A stretch of DNA of 64,000 nucleotides from Candidatus Cloacimonadales bacterium (lineage in GTDB: Bacteria > Cloacimonadota > Cloacimonadia > Cloacimonadales > DAONDQ01): positions 480,001-544,000 of the forward strand of contig OY759316.1 of NCBI GenBank assembly GCA_963662275.1, given 5' to 3'. Position 1 is the stretch's first letter, and each line of letters begins with the position of its first letter. Below the pieces are notes generated by a model. The model was not told the origin of the DNA and ran no database searches. It worked only from the letters and a program-made list of their open reading frames with translations. This document shows positions 20,889 to 31,085 of this stretch, one piece after another. The translations under genes were made by a program, and so were the position numbers.

Positions 20889-22190
20889 ATGTTTATGCAC
20901 GAATTGACACCACTTCAAAAGCAGGCTAATGAGTTTAGAATTGTCGGTAATTATCGACAAGCCTGTATTATTTATGGAAAATTATGGAATGATACATCCC
21001 AGGACGCAGGTGATTGGGATGGCTGGGGTTTTGCTTTTTGCCTTCTTAAGTTAAAAAAATACGCTGATGCACTTACCATTTGTAAGCAGGTTCGTAGACG
21101 CTTCCCGGAATTCAATGGTATCCGCGGTGTCTATGCTTGGTCAATTTATCATACAGAATTGAAGAATCCTGAAATTAATGATGAGGAAAGATTTCTCAGC
21201 GCAGCGGACATGATCACGAAAATCACTACCCAGGATGATACCTTTTCACCTTACACTCACACGGTTCTGCATGTTTTACACTATCTTAGTGAAAGGAAAC
21301 CCTATCCTTCGGAAATGATTATCAATTGGACTGATAGATTGAATCCTGAGGCTCTCAGTATTGAACCATTCAAGTTTAAATCTGCTACTGGAAAACAAAG
21401 AGAACATTCTTCCCAGCGTGAAAAGTATTATTTATATCGGACAAAAGCTCTAAATCTTCTTCATAAGCATGATGAATGTATTGATGCATGTATCAAAGCT
21501 CTGCAGGAAATTACTAATTACCATGATGGTAATAAATTTTGGATACTGCGCCAGGAAGCAATTGCTCTACGAACGAAAGGTATGTTACAGGAAGCTGTGA
21601 TACGTTACCTGGAAATACTCAGAGATAAAAAAGATTGGTATGTTTTGAAAGATCTGGCAGAAATTCATATGACCTGGGAAATATGGGATGAAGCTCTTCA
21701 TTATGCGGTATCTGCTGCCATGGCTACCGGAGATGGAGATAGAAAAGCCATCGTATATGATCTCATTTCCAATATTCTTCAAAAGCTGGATAAACAATCC
21801 TTATCAGATAAACATATGGCATTAGCTTATATGATCAGAACCAGGAACCGTTGGAACATTATACCTGAAGTACAAAAAAAGTTTGCACCGATAATTTCTA
21901 GCTTCCCACCTGAAAAATCATTATATTCAGAACTTAGGAATTACTGGGAATCAATTCTGTATGGTAGTTCAAGTCGGATGAAAGGTAAAATTATCAACAT
22001 CCTTGCTAATGGGAAATCAGGCTTTATTGAAACTTCTGATGAAAAAACCTATTATTTCTCTTTCTTGAATGTCCAGGCACGAAAATATGAGATTCAGGCA
22101 GGGAAAACAGTTTCATTCAACCTGGAGGATAGCTTCGACAAAAAGAAAAAAGAGCCTTCTGTCGTTGCGGTTAATGTAAGGTTGGGATAA
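20889..22190 (+). CDS. TPR-repeat protein with C-terminal cold-shock/OB domain
   Basis: Helical repeats, then SGFI...YYF...V.F...AVNV of a cold-shock fold. Confidence 0.75.
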   Translation: MFMHELTPLQKQANEFRIVGNYRQACIIYGKLWNDTSQDAGDWDGWGFAFCLLKLKKYADALTICKQVRRRFPEFNGIRGVYAWSIYHTELKNPEINDEERFLSAADMITKITTQDDTFSPYTHTVLHVLHYLSERKPYPSEMIINWTDRLNPEALSIEPFKFKSATGKQREHSSQREKYYLYRTKALNLLHKHDECIDACIKALQEITNYHDGNKFWILRQEAIALRTKGMLQEAVIRYLEILRDKKDWYVLKDLAEIHMTWEIWDEALHYAVSAAMATGDGDRKAIVYDLISNILQKLDKQSLSDKHMALAYMIRTRNRWNIIPEVQKKFAPIISSFPPEKSLYSELRNYWESILYGSSSRMKGKIINILANGKSGFIETSDEKTYYFSFLNVQARKYEIQAGKTVSFNLEDSFDKKKKEPSVVAVNVRLG

Positions 22191-22215
22191 GAATACTAAC
22201 AGATTTGGAGCTATT

Positions 22216-23202
22216 ATGTTAAAAATTGGTGTCGTCGGAGTTGGTCATTTAGGTCAGCACCATGCCCGAATATTTAAATCTATTGCATTTTGTGAACTCA
22301 CTGGAATTTACGATAAAAATGAAGAACGTGCCAGGGAAATTGCTGGTAAACTTGGGATAAAAGCCTTTCCCACTTATGAAGCATTACTTGATTCAATTGA
22401 AGCCGTCGATATTGCTGCCACAACAATTTATCACTATGATTTAGCTAAACAAGCCTTGGAACACGGGAAACACGTATTTGTGGAAAAGCCAATCACAGCA
22501 ACAGTAGAACAGGGACGTGAACTCGTTGCTTTAGCAAAAGCAAATGATCTCAAAATTCAAGTCGGTCATATTGAAAGATTCAATCCGGTTGTGCTCAAAG
22601 TGGAAAAAGAAATTGATGAACCTATGTTTATCGAGTCTCATCGGCTTGCACCATTTAATCCGAGGGGAACAGATGTACCCGTAGTTTTTGATTTGATGAT
22701 CCATGACATTGATCTCATCCTTAGCTTTGTGAATAGTCCTTTAGTCGATATTCGTGCCAGCGGTGTGGGAGTATTAACGCCGAGTATTGATATAGCAAAT
22801 GCGAGATTGGAATTTAAGAATGGAGCAATTGCAAATGTTACTTCCAGTCGTATTTCTATGAAACGGGAAAGAAAGTTACGCTTCTTCCAAAAGGATGCCT
22901 ACATTTCTATGGATTTCCAAGGACAGAAGGTTTCTGTTTTGCGTAAAGCAGAAGGATTAAATAAAATACTTCCGGAGATATTATTAGGAAATACTGACTT
23001 TTCACCTGAAGACCTTGTGGATATGCAACAATATGATTGTTCAAAACCAGAAAAAGATGCTCTGACCATGGAATTGGAATCATTCGTTGATGCCGTTTCC
23101 AATAATAAACAACCCATAATCAGCGGTGAAGATGGACTACGTGCATTAGAAGTAGCGATGCTGATCATGGATAAAATCAATGCAAATTTGAAATTGTTAT
23201 AA
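22216..23202 (+). CDS. Gfo/Idh/MocA oxidoreductase (GnnA-like)
   Basis: GVGHLG, VEKP, GHIERFNP and DLMIHDID motifs. Confidence 0.9.
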   Translation: MLKIGVVGVGHLGQHHARIFKSIAFCELTGIYDKNEERAREIAGKLGIKAFPTYEALLDSIEAVDIAATTIYHYDLAKQALEHGKHVFVEKPITATVEQGRELVALAKANDLKIQVGHIERFNPVVLKVEKEIDEPMFIESHRLAPFNPRGTDVPVVFDLMIHDIDLILSFVNSPLVDIRASGVGVLTPSIDIANARLEFKNGAIANVTSSRISMKRERKLRFFQKDAYISMDFQGQKVSVLRKAEGLNKILPEILLGNTDFSPEDLVDMQQYDCSKPEKDALTMELESFVDAVSNNKQPIISGEDGLRALEVAMLIMDKINANLKLL

Positions 23203-23215
23203 ATGAGGTAATCTA

Positions 23216-24511
23216 ATGCAAACAGCATTTGTAAAAGACTTGGCTCAATATATTGGACAGGAAGTAGAATTGAAGGGTTGGGTGCGTAACGTACGCAGCA
23301 GCGGTAAATTACTATTTATCATCTTTCGAGATGGTACCGGTGATGTCCAGGCAGTTGTATTTGGTCCCGGTATCGGGGAAGTGAAATTCAATGAAGCCAA
23401 AAAGCTAACTCTTGAATCTTCTGTTATCATTCATGGTCATGTAAAAAAGCACCAAAAGCTTGAAAGTGAATACGAGATTGATGTTACAGATGTGAAGATT
23501 GTCCAGATTGCTGAAGATTATCCCATTGCCAAAAAAGAGCATGGACCAGATTTCCTTCTTTCCAACCGGCATCTATGGCTGCGTTCATCAAAGCAATGGG
23601 CAAACCTCAGAATACGACATACCGTCTATTTTGCTATCTGTGAGTATCTGAATCAGAACAATTTCATCCGCTTTGATTCACCTATTCTTACTCCGAATGC
23701 TTGCGAAGGTACAACCACCCTTTTCGAACTTGATTATTTTGATGAAGGCAAAGCCTATTTATCACAATCCGGTCAATTATACCTGGAAACAGGTATCATG
23801 AGTTTTGGTCGTGTCTATGACTTCGGTCCTGTCTTTCGAGCAGAACGCTCTAAAACACGTAAACATCTCACTGAATTCTGGATGATGGATGCAGAAGCTG
23901 CCTATGTTGAACATGCAGAGAATATGCAGATACAAGAAGGTTTGATTCGCTTTGTGATTCGAACAGTACTGGAGAAATGTGCTAAAGAACTGGCAATTTT
24001 AGAGCGTGATGTTGAACAATTGAAGAAAGCTGATGCACCTTTCAAGATCATGACCCATTATGATGTGGTTGAATACCTGCGTTCCAAGGGTTCTGAAATC
24101 TCTCACGGTGATGATATGGGTGCGGCAGATGAAGCAATGCTGACAGAAGGTTCCGATGTACCAATCTTCATAGAGAAATGGCCCAAAGAAATAAAAGCTT
24201 TTTATATGAAGCGTGATCCAGACAATCCGAATGTTGTTCTAGGTTCCGATCTAATCGCACCGGAAGGCTTTGGAGAAATCATCGGTGGTTCCCAGCGCGA
24301 AGATGATCACGATCTGCTCCTCGGTCGTATGCAGGATGATAATATGTGTATTGAAGATTACCAGTGGTTTCTTGATCTCCGCAAATACGGCTCTGTCCCT
24401 CACAGCGGATTTGGTATTGGACTGGAACGCCTGACCCAGTGGATGAGCGGAACTCAGCATATTAGGGAAGTAATTCCCTTCCCCAGGATGATCTATAGGA
24501 TTTATCCATAA
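23216..24511 (+). CDS. asnS: Asparagine--tRNA ligase
   Basis: OB anticodon domain; YLSQSGQLY, FRAE...RKHLTEFW and PHSGFGIGLER motifs. Confidence 0.95.
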   Translation: MQTAFVKDLAQYIGQEVELKGWVRNVRSSGKLLFIIFRDGTGDVQAVVFGPGIGEVKFNEAKKLTLESSVIIHGHVKKHQKLESEYEIDVTDVKIVQIAEDYPIAKKEHGPDFLLSNRHLWLRSSKQWANLRIRHTVYFAICEYLNQNNFIRFDSPILTPNACEGTTTLFELDYFDEGKAYLSQSGQLYLETGIMSFGRVYDFGPVFRAERSKTRKHLTEFWMMDAEAAYVEHAENMQIQEGLIRFVIRTVLEKCAKELAILERDVEQLKKADAPFKIMTHYDVVEYLRSKGSEISHGDDMGAADEAMLTEGSDVPIFIEKWPKEIKAFYMKRDPDNPNVVLGSDLIAPEGFGEIIGGSQREDDHDLLLGRMQDDNMCIEDYQWFLDLRKYGSVPHSGFGIGLERLTQWMSGTQHIREVIPFPRMIYRIYP

Positions 24512-24555
24512 ATGTAAGGGTAAACTTATAAGTTTACCTAATAAGTAAGTTCGAT

Positions 24556-25092
24556 ATGAAATTACTGATCCATACTTGTTGCGCACCCTGTCTTGCAGCC
24601 CCCCTGAAGCATGTGCAGGAGCAAAAGAACATTGATTTCACCATATTCTGGTATAACCCAAACATACATCCTTATTTGGAATACAAGCATCGATTAGATA
24701 CACTCAAACAATTTGTAGAAAAATACAACCTTCCTGTGATATATGAAGATGTGTATGGTCTTGTGCAATTCACACGTGCCGTGTCCGGTGCTGAAGCAGA
24801 ACGTTGTGATTATTGCTATGAATCAAGGCTGCAGGAAACAGCTAAGCTAGCAAAAGATAAGCAATACGAGGCGTTCACTACCACGCTTTTATACAGTAGA
24901 TACCAAAAGCATGATCGTATCAAGGAAATTGCAGAATCAGTGGCTAAACAGTATGGTCTTCAGTTTTATTACCAGGACTGGCGGATATACTGGCAGGAAG
25001 GGATTACCATCTCCAAAGCTGAGGAGATGTATCGTCAGCAATATTGCGGATGCATCTATAGCGAAATGGATAGATATAAACCCTCAAAGTGA
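24556..25092 (+). CDS. queH: Epoxyqueuosine reductase QueH
   Basis: HTCCAPC, YNPNIHP, RCDYCY and YRQQYCGC motifs. Confidence 0.93.
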   Translation: MKLLIHTCCAPCLAAPLKHVQEQKNIDFTIFWYNPNIHPYLEYKHRLDTLKQFVEKYNLPVIYEDVYGLVQFTRAVSGAEAERCDYCYESRLQETAKLAKDKQYEAFTTTLLYSRYQKHDRIKEIAESVAKQYGLQFYYQDWRIYWQEGITISKAEEMYRQQYCGCIYSEMDRYKPSK

Positions 25093-25152
25093 ATGTTTAT
25101 TCATAACCATTAGATCGAGATTTGGGTAAATCTTAGGAATAAGATTTTATGA

Positions 25153-26532
25153 TTAGTTTTTCAACTTTTCCAGTAACTCTGGTAGGATACTATCCTTCAC
25201 ATGTTCCAGGGCATTCTCATATGCTTTGATACCTGCTTTTGGTACATCGAGATTAATGCCCTTAACATTAGAAAGAGCATTCTTATATATTTCTGCATCG
25301 GCAGCAAGGGAAACCAGTGAGATATTCACATCCACAAACGCAATATACATAGTGTTTGTTGGAGTTGGATGAATTGCAGAACCTTCCCTGGTATTCGCAG
25401 TTATTTTAATTATATAATCAGCATCTTTTATTGAATTTGAAAAGTGATAGCCTCTTGCTGCTAATGTTTCTTTTACTTTAGGCTCAATGATGGGCATAGC
25501 TAGGGGTTTATCAAACATGGATTCATTCGTTTGGATGCAGATGATCAATGGACTGACGGAAAGGTAAACCATTTGTTCGGGAACCGGCATTGTTTTCAGG
25601 ATGGCTTTGAAGATAACTGAACTGCTGTCAGCATTAATCAGTTTTGGCATATCAATTGCAGTTTTCAGGATTTGGACATTATCTTCAGTTCTTACTTTAT
25701 TAATACGAATTTGAGCGATCCCCTTCTCATCCGTGATTGAATTAGGAATGAAATCCAATTCACCTTTATTCAGTATGGATATGAGGGGTAGGTTTTGGAT
25801 GTAGACAATTTTATTATCTTTAGAGAGAAAACGTGCAATAACGGCTGGACTCGGGCTTACAGCTAATCCTATTTTTGCTGCCCAGCTTTTTTTATCAACT
25901 GCAAGTTGTATTTTGGAGATTGTATTCTGTAATGAAGAATAAATCTCATTTCCCAGGTAGATGGATTTTCCCTCATACTCTGTTTGCAATGACTCACCAA
26001 AGTAATCTTCAATCGGTCTGATTGCTTGGTAATAGTAGCGGATTGCTTGGGTAATATCACCGTCTTTTTCACTATTTTTTGCTTTCGTGTAAAAATCGAG
26101 AGCTAAGTTCATGGCTTTTTGTCGAATATCAAGCATTTGCCTTACATAGACAGGTTTCGATAAGTCGTAATATACCCAGTATTCTGTTTTGCTTTCATAT
26201 GTATCAATCAGTTCATAACCCGTTAATTGTGCTTGAGTACTTGTACGGATTTGAGATTCGATCTCTTCTTTGACGATACCGGATTTCTCCATGACTTCAC
26301 TGAGTACTTCACTGTTTACCGTTACTTGTATTCCTGATGAAAGATCCTTGAGAGCATTATCCTGGGCGATTTGCAGATAATCCCGATTCTTTGAACTCTT
26401 CATTGACATGCCAATACCAATATAGTATCCTTCCTTTACAGGTCTCTTCTTTACCCAATCGGGAATACTCTCCGCACATAAAAAAGAGATCATTATCAAT
26501 ATCATGCTAATAAGAGTTATTCGTAGAGACAT
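25153..26532 (-). CDS. LPP20-family exported protein
   Basis: Signal peptide, then PDWV...YYIGIG...A..NAL.DL...I.V.V typical of LPP20. Confidence 0.75.
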   Translation of the reverse strand: MSLRITLISMILIMISFLCAESIPDWVKKRPVKEGYYIGIGMSMKSSKNRDYLQIAQDNALKDLSSGIQVTVNSEVLSEVMEKSGIVKEEIESQIRTSTQAQLTGYELIDTYESKTEYWVYYDLSKPVYVRQMLDIRQKAMNLALDFYTKAKNSEKDGDITQAIRYYYQAIRPIEDYFGESLQTEYEGKSIYLGNEIYSSLQNTISKIQLAVDKKSWAAKIGLAVSPSPAVIARFLSKDNKIVYIQNLPLISILNKGELDFIPNSITDEKGIAQIRINKVRTEDNVQILKTAIDMPKLINADSSSVIFKAILKTMPVPEQMVYLSVSPLIICIQTNESMFDKPLAMPIIEPKVKETLAARGYHFSNSIKDADYIIKITANTREGSAIHPTPTNTMYIAFVDVNISLVSLAADAEIYKNALSNVKGINLDVPKAGIKAYENALEHVKDSILPELLEKLKN

Positions 26533-26542
26533 CGAGTTCTCC

Positions 26543-26574
26543 TTGTGGAGCAGGAACAGCGTCCTGCTCTACAA
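26543..26574. repeat. Intercistronic GTGG/GTAG palindrome (REP-like)
   Basis: ttgtggagcagga-acagcg-tcctgctctacaa. Confidence 0.75.
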
Positions 26575-26584
26575 TCAATCAATT

Positions 26585-27739
26585 TTATTTAAAATACACA
26601 ATTCCTGATAAATACATGGTCGAATTGGAGTATTGGGATTTAAAATAGTTTCCTATTTTTTGCTCATAAGCTCTTCCAGTGATTGTTAAATCAAAGGAAA
26701 AACGATCTGTAATAAAACCGGTACCAATGGCAACTCCTGATCCAATAACCTGATCCTTGCGTGAAGAAGTCTCCGTATCTAAATCAGATTCCCAATTGCT
26801 GTATATCGTAGGAACTGATTGGAGTCCTAATCGTAAGGGTATCCGAAAATTTGAGAAGAGCAGCAGGTATTCTCCACCCAACCGTAACTGATTTAAATCG
26901 TATTCTGATATTTTTGAAGATTCCTCGTCAATATCTTTGTTTACTAATTTGCTCTTCGAATACTGGCGATTTTCTATATCTAATGCTAATGTGAAAGTAT
27001 CTCCAAAACGGTAGGAAGTACCTATACCAACCATCAATGGCATGGAAAGCTTATAATTAGAATCCGTTTCACCAGTAGCTGTGGTTTTTTCATTCAAGTC
27101 AAAAGGAGTGCGGATTGTCAGTCCTAGTTTTAAGGGAAGAGGTTTTGAACTTGAAGAAAAATCAGCCATTCCTCCAACAACAAAATTAAAACCGGAATAC
27201 TTACTTGTCCCATTATACAGATCCTCTGGATCAGTATTTTTGCTTTTCATACTTCCTGTCCAAACATTCCCGGTCAATCCAAAGGAAAAAAGCTTGCCCA
27301 GTGGCATTGCAGCACCAATAGAGATAGCGTTAATTCCACCTGAACGTTCTTGTGTATCTTGCTTGTAATAGCCGTCGATTTCCTGTTGCCAAGCCAATGC
27401 TCCCACGATTTTATTCTTGTTCAAGGGAGAGGCAAAACTGAGAAAATCCAAAGCGCCATGTGTCTGAGTTAAAGTAGCAGAATATAATGTTCCTTTGTTA
27501 TCGATCTTTGTCTCTTCTGATACTAGTTTACTTACAATGGATGCTTCTGGCTTTTCCAGTTGAGTCAATCCCGCCGGATTCCAAACAATTGCAGTAGCAT
27601 CGTCAGCAACACCAATAAAAGCACCACCAAAACCAGCAGCACGAGCACCTGCACCTGTGATATTCCAATCAATTTCTTGAGCTGCAAGTAGAGAAATACT
27701 CATGATGCAGAAAATGAAAACATACATCCTGATTTTCAT
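26585..27739 (-). CDS. FadL/PorV-like outer-membrane beta-barrel
   Basis: GAGARAAGFGGAFIGVADDATAIVWNPAGL, amphipathic strands and an aromatic C-terminus. Confidence 0.82.
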   Translation of the reverse strand: MKIRMYVFIFCIMSISLLAAQEIDWNITGAGARAAGFGGAFIGVADDATAIVWNPAGLTQLEKPEASIVSKLVSEETKIDNKGTLYSATLTQTHGALDFLSFASPLNKNKIVGALAWQQEIDGYYKQDTQERSGGINAISIGAAMPLGKLFSFGLTGNVWTGSMKSKNTDPEDLYNGTSKYSGFNFVVGGMADFSSSSKPLPLKLGLTIRTPFDLNEKTTATGETDSNYKLSMPLMVGIGTSYRFGDTFTLALDIENRQYSKSKLVNKDIDEESSKISEYDLNQLRLGGEYLLLFSNFRIPLRLGLQSVPTIYSNWESDLDTETSSRKDQVIGSGVAIGTGFITDRFSFDLTITGRAYEQKIGNYFKSQYSNSTMYLSGIVYFK

Positions 27740-27760
27740 AATATCTCCTTATAATTTGGT

Positions 27761-29188
27761 TTATTTTACGACGACTTTATCTCCTATCTGAATAGTACCT
27801 TCTTTATTTAGAATCTTGGCAATTGCCATCTTTTCCTGTACTTCTGCTACACTGATCTCTCCCATTTTCGTGACTTTTTTCCCGATAACCTCACCTGTTT
27901 TCGGATGCTTGATGACTTCTCCTTCCCTGAAAACGATCAATTTTGTGCCTTTTCGAAGACCATGAGCACTGCCGATATCCAAGTAGACCTGGTCATCTTC
28001 TGTATTGATGATACCACCTTCCACTAATGGAAGTGCATTATAGATCATAATAGCTACATTTTCGACAAGATGGTCAACATTACTCATTTCAGTATTTTGT
28101 GTGGAAGCATCCTTTGCGACAATTGTTTCTGCTGTTTCTGTGTCTATACAGCGTGCCGTCACTTTCACAAACCCCGTGGAATACGTGATACTGCCTAGAA
28201 TTATCATATCTGCTCCTACTAATTTACCTACTCTGGCAGCCGTATTCTCATCCACAACCCCCGACATTCCGAGGGTTTGTTCATTCATTATTTTATCCAT
28301 TGCATTTCTTTCTATCACCCGGAATCTGCGTAAGTTTACAAATTGGGTAATTAACTTCTCTGTCAATGAATTGGTAATATTCTGCCCTTCACCATTCATA
28401 GTGAACGGCATCACTGCAACTGCAAGTCGCGATCCAGCCTGTGTGACTTTAGAAGGATCATATGTAAGGGCACCTGCGGGTAGTTTTTCAGAAGCATTGA
28501 TTCTCTGTCTTTGGTCAGCAAGACTCTTTTTCTGTTTTTCCAAGTCTGCCTTTTGTCGATCCAAATCTGCTTGTTGCTTTTTCAGCTCTTTTTGTTCATC
28601 TGTGTTTATGGGTTTTGACTCACTTTTAGGTAATTTGGAAACTTCCGGTTTCATCTCTTTGGGGTTTTCTTCCACTTTGGGCTTTTCTATTTTGGAAGGT
28701 TTATTTAGGACAACGATCTTCTCGTCTGTAACACCTGCCCCAGGAGGTCTTGTAGCAACCACTTCAGCGGGTAAATCCGATGCTCCAAATACTTTTTGAT
28801 AGTATTGCTCAGCCTCAGGTGTTCTATAATAAGCAAGGGAAAGATCTAATTCTTTTTTTGCCAGAGATGATTCACCCAAGTAGTAATATGCAATCCCCAT
28901 TTGTTGATGAGGAAAATACTTTATGAAATGAGTTCCATAAGTACGTTTGGATACTTTATCTTCAAATTCGAGTGAAGCTGCACTTTTGAACTCAGTGATG
29001 GCACGTTCCCAATCCTGTTGCTGCATATACTTTAATCCACGATCATAATAAGTATAGAACTTGTCTTGAGCATTCAATGTCCCAAGGAAAAATGTAAAAA
29101 GCAGAATGAAAAAAAGTATATAAGACAATCTGTGAAACAGGTACCTGTGTGAGAAAATAACCATATTATTCCCCTTCATTACCAGCAT
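27761..29188 (-). CDS. TPR + CsgG/HfaB-like + FlgT C-terminal-like exported protein
   Basis: TPRs; RFRVIER...GKLVGAD; LDIGSAHGLRKG...HPKTGEVIG...GDKV. Confidence 0.78.
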   Translation of the reverse strand: MLVMKGNNMVIFSHRYLFHRLSYILFFILLFTFFLGTLNAQDKFYTYYDRGLKYMQQQDWERAITEFKSAASLEFEDKVSKRTYGTHFIKYFPHQQMGIAYYYLGESSLAKKELDLSLAYYRTPEAEQYYQKVFGASDLPAEVVATRPPGAGVTDEKIVVLNKPSKIEKPKVEENPKEMKPEVSKLPKSESKPINTDEQKELKKQQADLDRQKADLEKQKKSLADQRQRINASEKLPAGALTYDPSKVTQAGSRLAVAVMPFTMNGEGQNITNSLTEKLITQFVNLRRFRVIERNAMDKIMNEQTLGMSGVVDENTAARVGKLVGADMIILGSITYSTGFVKVTARCIDTETAETIVAKDASTQNTEMSNVDHLVENVAIMIYNALPLVEGGIINTEDDQVYLDIGSAHGLRKGTKLIVFREGEVIKHPKTGEVIGKKVTKMGEISVAEVQEKMAIAKILNKEGTIQIGDKVVVK

Positions 29189-29246
29189 GTATAATTTATG
29201 GAGATATTCTGATTATATTTTTATGAGTCAAGAAAAAAGACAAAAT

Positions 29247-29275
29247 AAAAACGCCGCATTACTGCGGCGTTTTAT
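29247..29275 (-). terminator. Rho-independent terminator
   Basis: aaaaacgccgca-ttac-tgcggcgtttt, just after the 526-aa gene. Confidence 0.8.
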
Positions 29276-29284
29276 TAGATGGTT

Positions 29285-30865
29285 TTATTTTACTATAATT
29301 TTATCCCCGACATGAAAGCGTCCGTTTCTGCTAATGAATCTTGCCGTGGAATTATTTGGCAGGAGATTATCGATATATACTTCACCGACTTTATAAATCT
29401 TTTGACCCAGGTATTCTCCTGTATAGGGATGGCGAACTGCAACACCTTCACGGTACACCACACATCTTGTACCAAGAAGAAGTCCATCATCGCTGCCAAT
29501 GTTCACATCAACTTCTTCTCCGTTAATATCTGTGATTGTACCTTCCGCTAACGGTAAGTCATTATAAATGAGAACTGCAAGATATTTCACTAAACGGTCA
29601 ATACTGTCAGAGTCAGTGTAATCTGATGTTGCCGTTTCAGTGATGATCGTTTCTCCTGTTATTGGGTCTATACCTTGGATAGTTAAAGTAAAATGATCTG
29701 AAGTCTCATCGATTGAACTCATCAGTACCATATCTGCACCTGCATATTTACCAAGACTTTTCGCAGAATATTGATCTGTAAGATCGTTTTCATTTATGTC
29801 ATTTCGAGACATAATCAGGTTGACAGTCCTGCTTGAAATGATATTAAAACGATGCAGATCAGTCAATGCAGCAATCAGATTATCTGCCAGGTTGCTATCG
29901 AAGTGTGTATTATCATTTTCATCAGTGAAAGGCAAAACAACTATAGAAAGACGTGAATCGACAATCACATAGTCTGTGGGATAATAGTAGAGATAATTAT
30001 GTGGGAAAGAATAATCTTCATTAAAACCTAAGCGAAATGAGAAGAATGGATAACGGTCATGCCAGTCATGTCTGCGTCTCCCGAAGTCATGCTGGTTGTA
30101 ATCATGATAATAGCCTCCTGAAACGATATGTTCGTGATTGTGGTTCCCGTGATTTTCATACCAGTTATAACCGTGATCATCAGGTATTTGAACGCCATGT
30201 GCATGAGGAGAAACATTTTCATCATGATGCTGTACTATTGCATCAGGTACCAGCGTACCCTGGTTAGACTGCTGCACACGATCTAAAGGTTTAGGAGAGA
30301 TCACATGTGGTCGTTGGTTTTGGTCACTTTGGATTTTTGTCTTGTTATCCTTCGTTTCTGGAACGGGAGTATTTACTTCAGTTTTCGGTTCGACCCGTGT
30401 TTTGTTATTGATGGAGTTATTTTGTTTCTCAGGAACTGATGTACTTGGTTTTACATTACTATTTGTTCGGCTGCTGTTACTTGGTTGTTCTTTTTGTGGT
30501 TCAATCTTTTTTGTACTTTCCCCGACAGCTTTTTGTGATTCTATCTTTTTTGTATTCTGTTCATCTGCTTTTTCCGAACTATTAGAGTTTTCCTTTACTT
30601 TAGCCTTCTTTCCAGCTTGTTCTAAAGCTTTGTCTTCCTTTTCCTGCTTTTTATCCTTTATTTGCTGCTGGTCACTTTTATTAGACTTGGCGATGATTTG
30701 CATATTATCGCTGGAATTTGATTTAGGTGCAGATGAGACATTGTTCTTATCACTCTGCGCGTATAATGAATTATATAGAAATAAGGTCACTAATATGATC
30801 ATGACAGTCATATATAGCTTGATCATATTCATTGAACGCACTTCAATCAAATTTGAGGTAAACAT
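29285..30865 (-). CDS. Low-complexity/His-rich + CsgG-like + FlgT C-terminal-like exported protein
   Basis: C-terminal half is paralogous to 27761-29188 (IYNDLPLAEG versus IYNALPLVEG; HPYTGE versus HPKTGE). Confidence 0.72.
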   Translation of the reverse strand: MFTSNLIEVRSMNMIKLYMTVMIILVTLFLYNSLYAQSDKNNVSSAPKSNSSDNMQIIAKSNKSDQQQIKDKKQEKEDKALEQAGKKAKVKENSNSSEKADEQNTKKIESQKAVGESTKKIEPQKEQPSNSSRTNSNVKPSTSVPEKQNNSINNKTRVEPKTEVNTPVPETKDNKTKIQSDQNQRPHVISPKPLDRVQQSNQGTLVPDAIVQHHDENVSPHAHGVQIPDDHGYNWYENHGNHNHEHIVSGGYYHDYNQHDFGRRRHDWHDRYPFFSFRLGFNEDYSFPHNYLYYYPTDYVIVDSRLSIVVLPFTDENDNTHFDSNLADNLIAALTDLHRFNIISSRTVNLIMSRNDINENDLTDQYSAKSLGKYAGADMVLMSSIDETSDHFTLTIQGIDPITGETIITETATSDYTDSDSIDRLVKYLAVLIYNDLPLAEGTITDINGEEVDVNIGSDDGLLLGTRCVVYREGVAVRHPYTGEYLGQKIYKVGEVYIDNLLPNNSTARFISRNGRFHVGDKIIVK

Positions 30866-31085
30866 AATTACTCCTTTATTATAATAACATTTATATTTAA
30901 GACATCCAAATCAGCAGAATACTTCAAATAAAGTTTATACTCTATATTCTAGTCTTTATTTCCCAGTTTCAAAGATAAATTGATTTTTGTGAATCCATAA
31001 CATAGAGCAAGAAGTATTTTTAATTTTGTTTTTCTTGCTTGTCAGGACATAATGAGGATTTTGGTCTTTGAAAGTGAGGATTTTC

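Noticed and set aside
28101..28799. Long antisense ORFs (also 19449-20243, 30342-30884, 35120-35716, 48004-48549)
   Set aside because: They are shadows of well-supported genes on the opposite strand.
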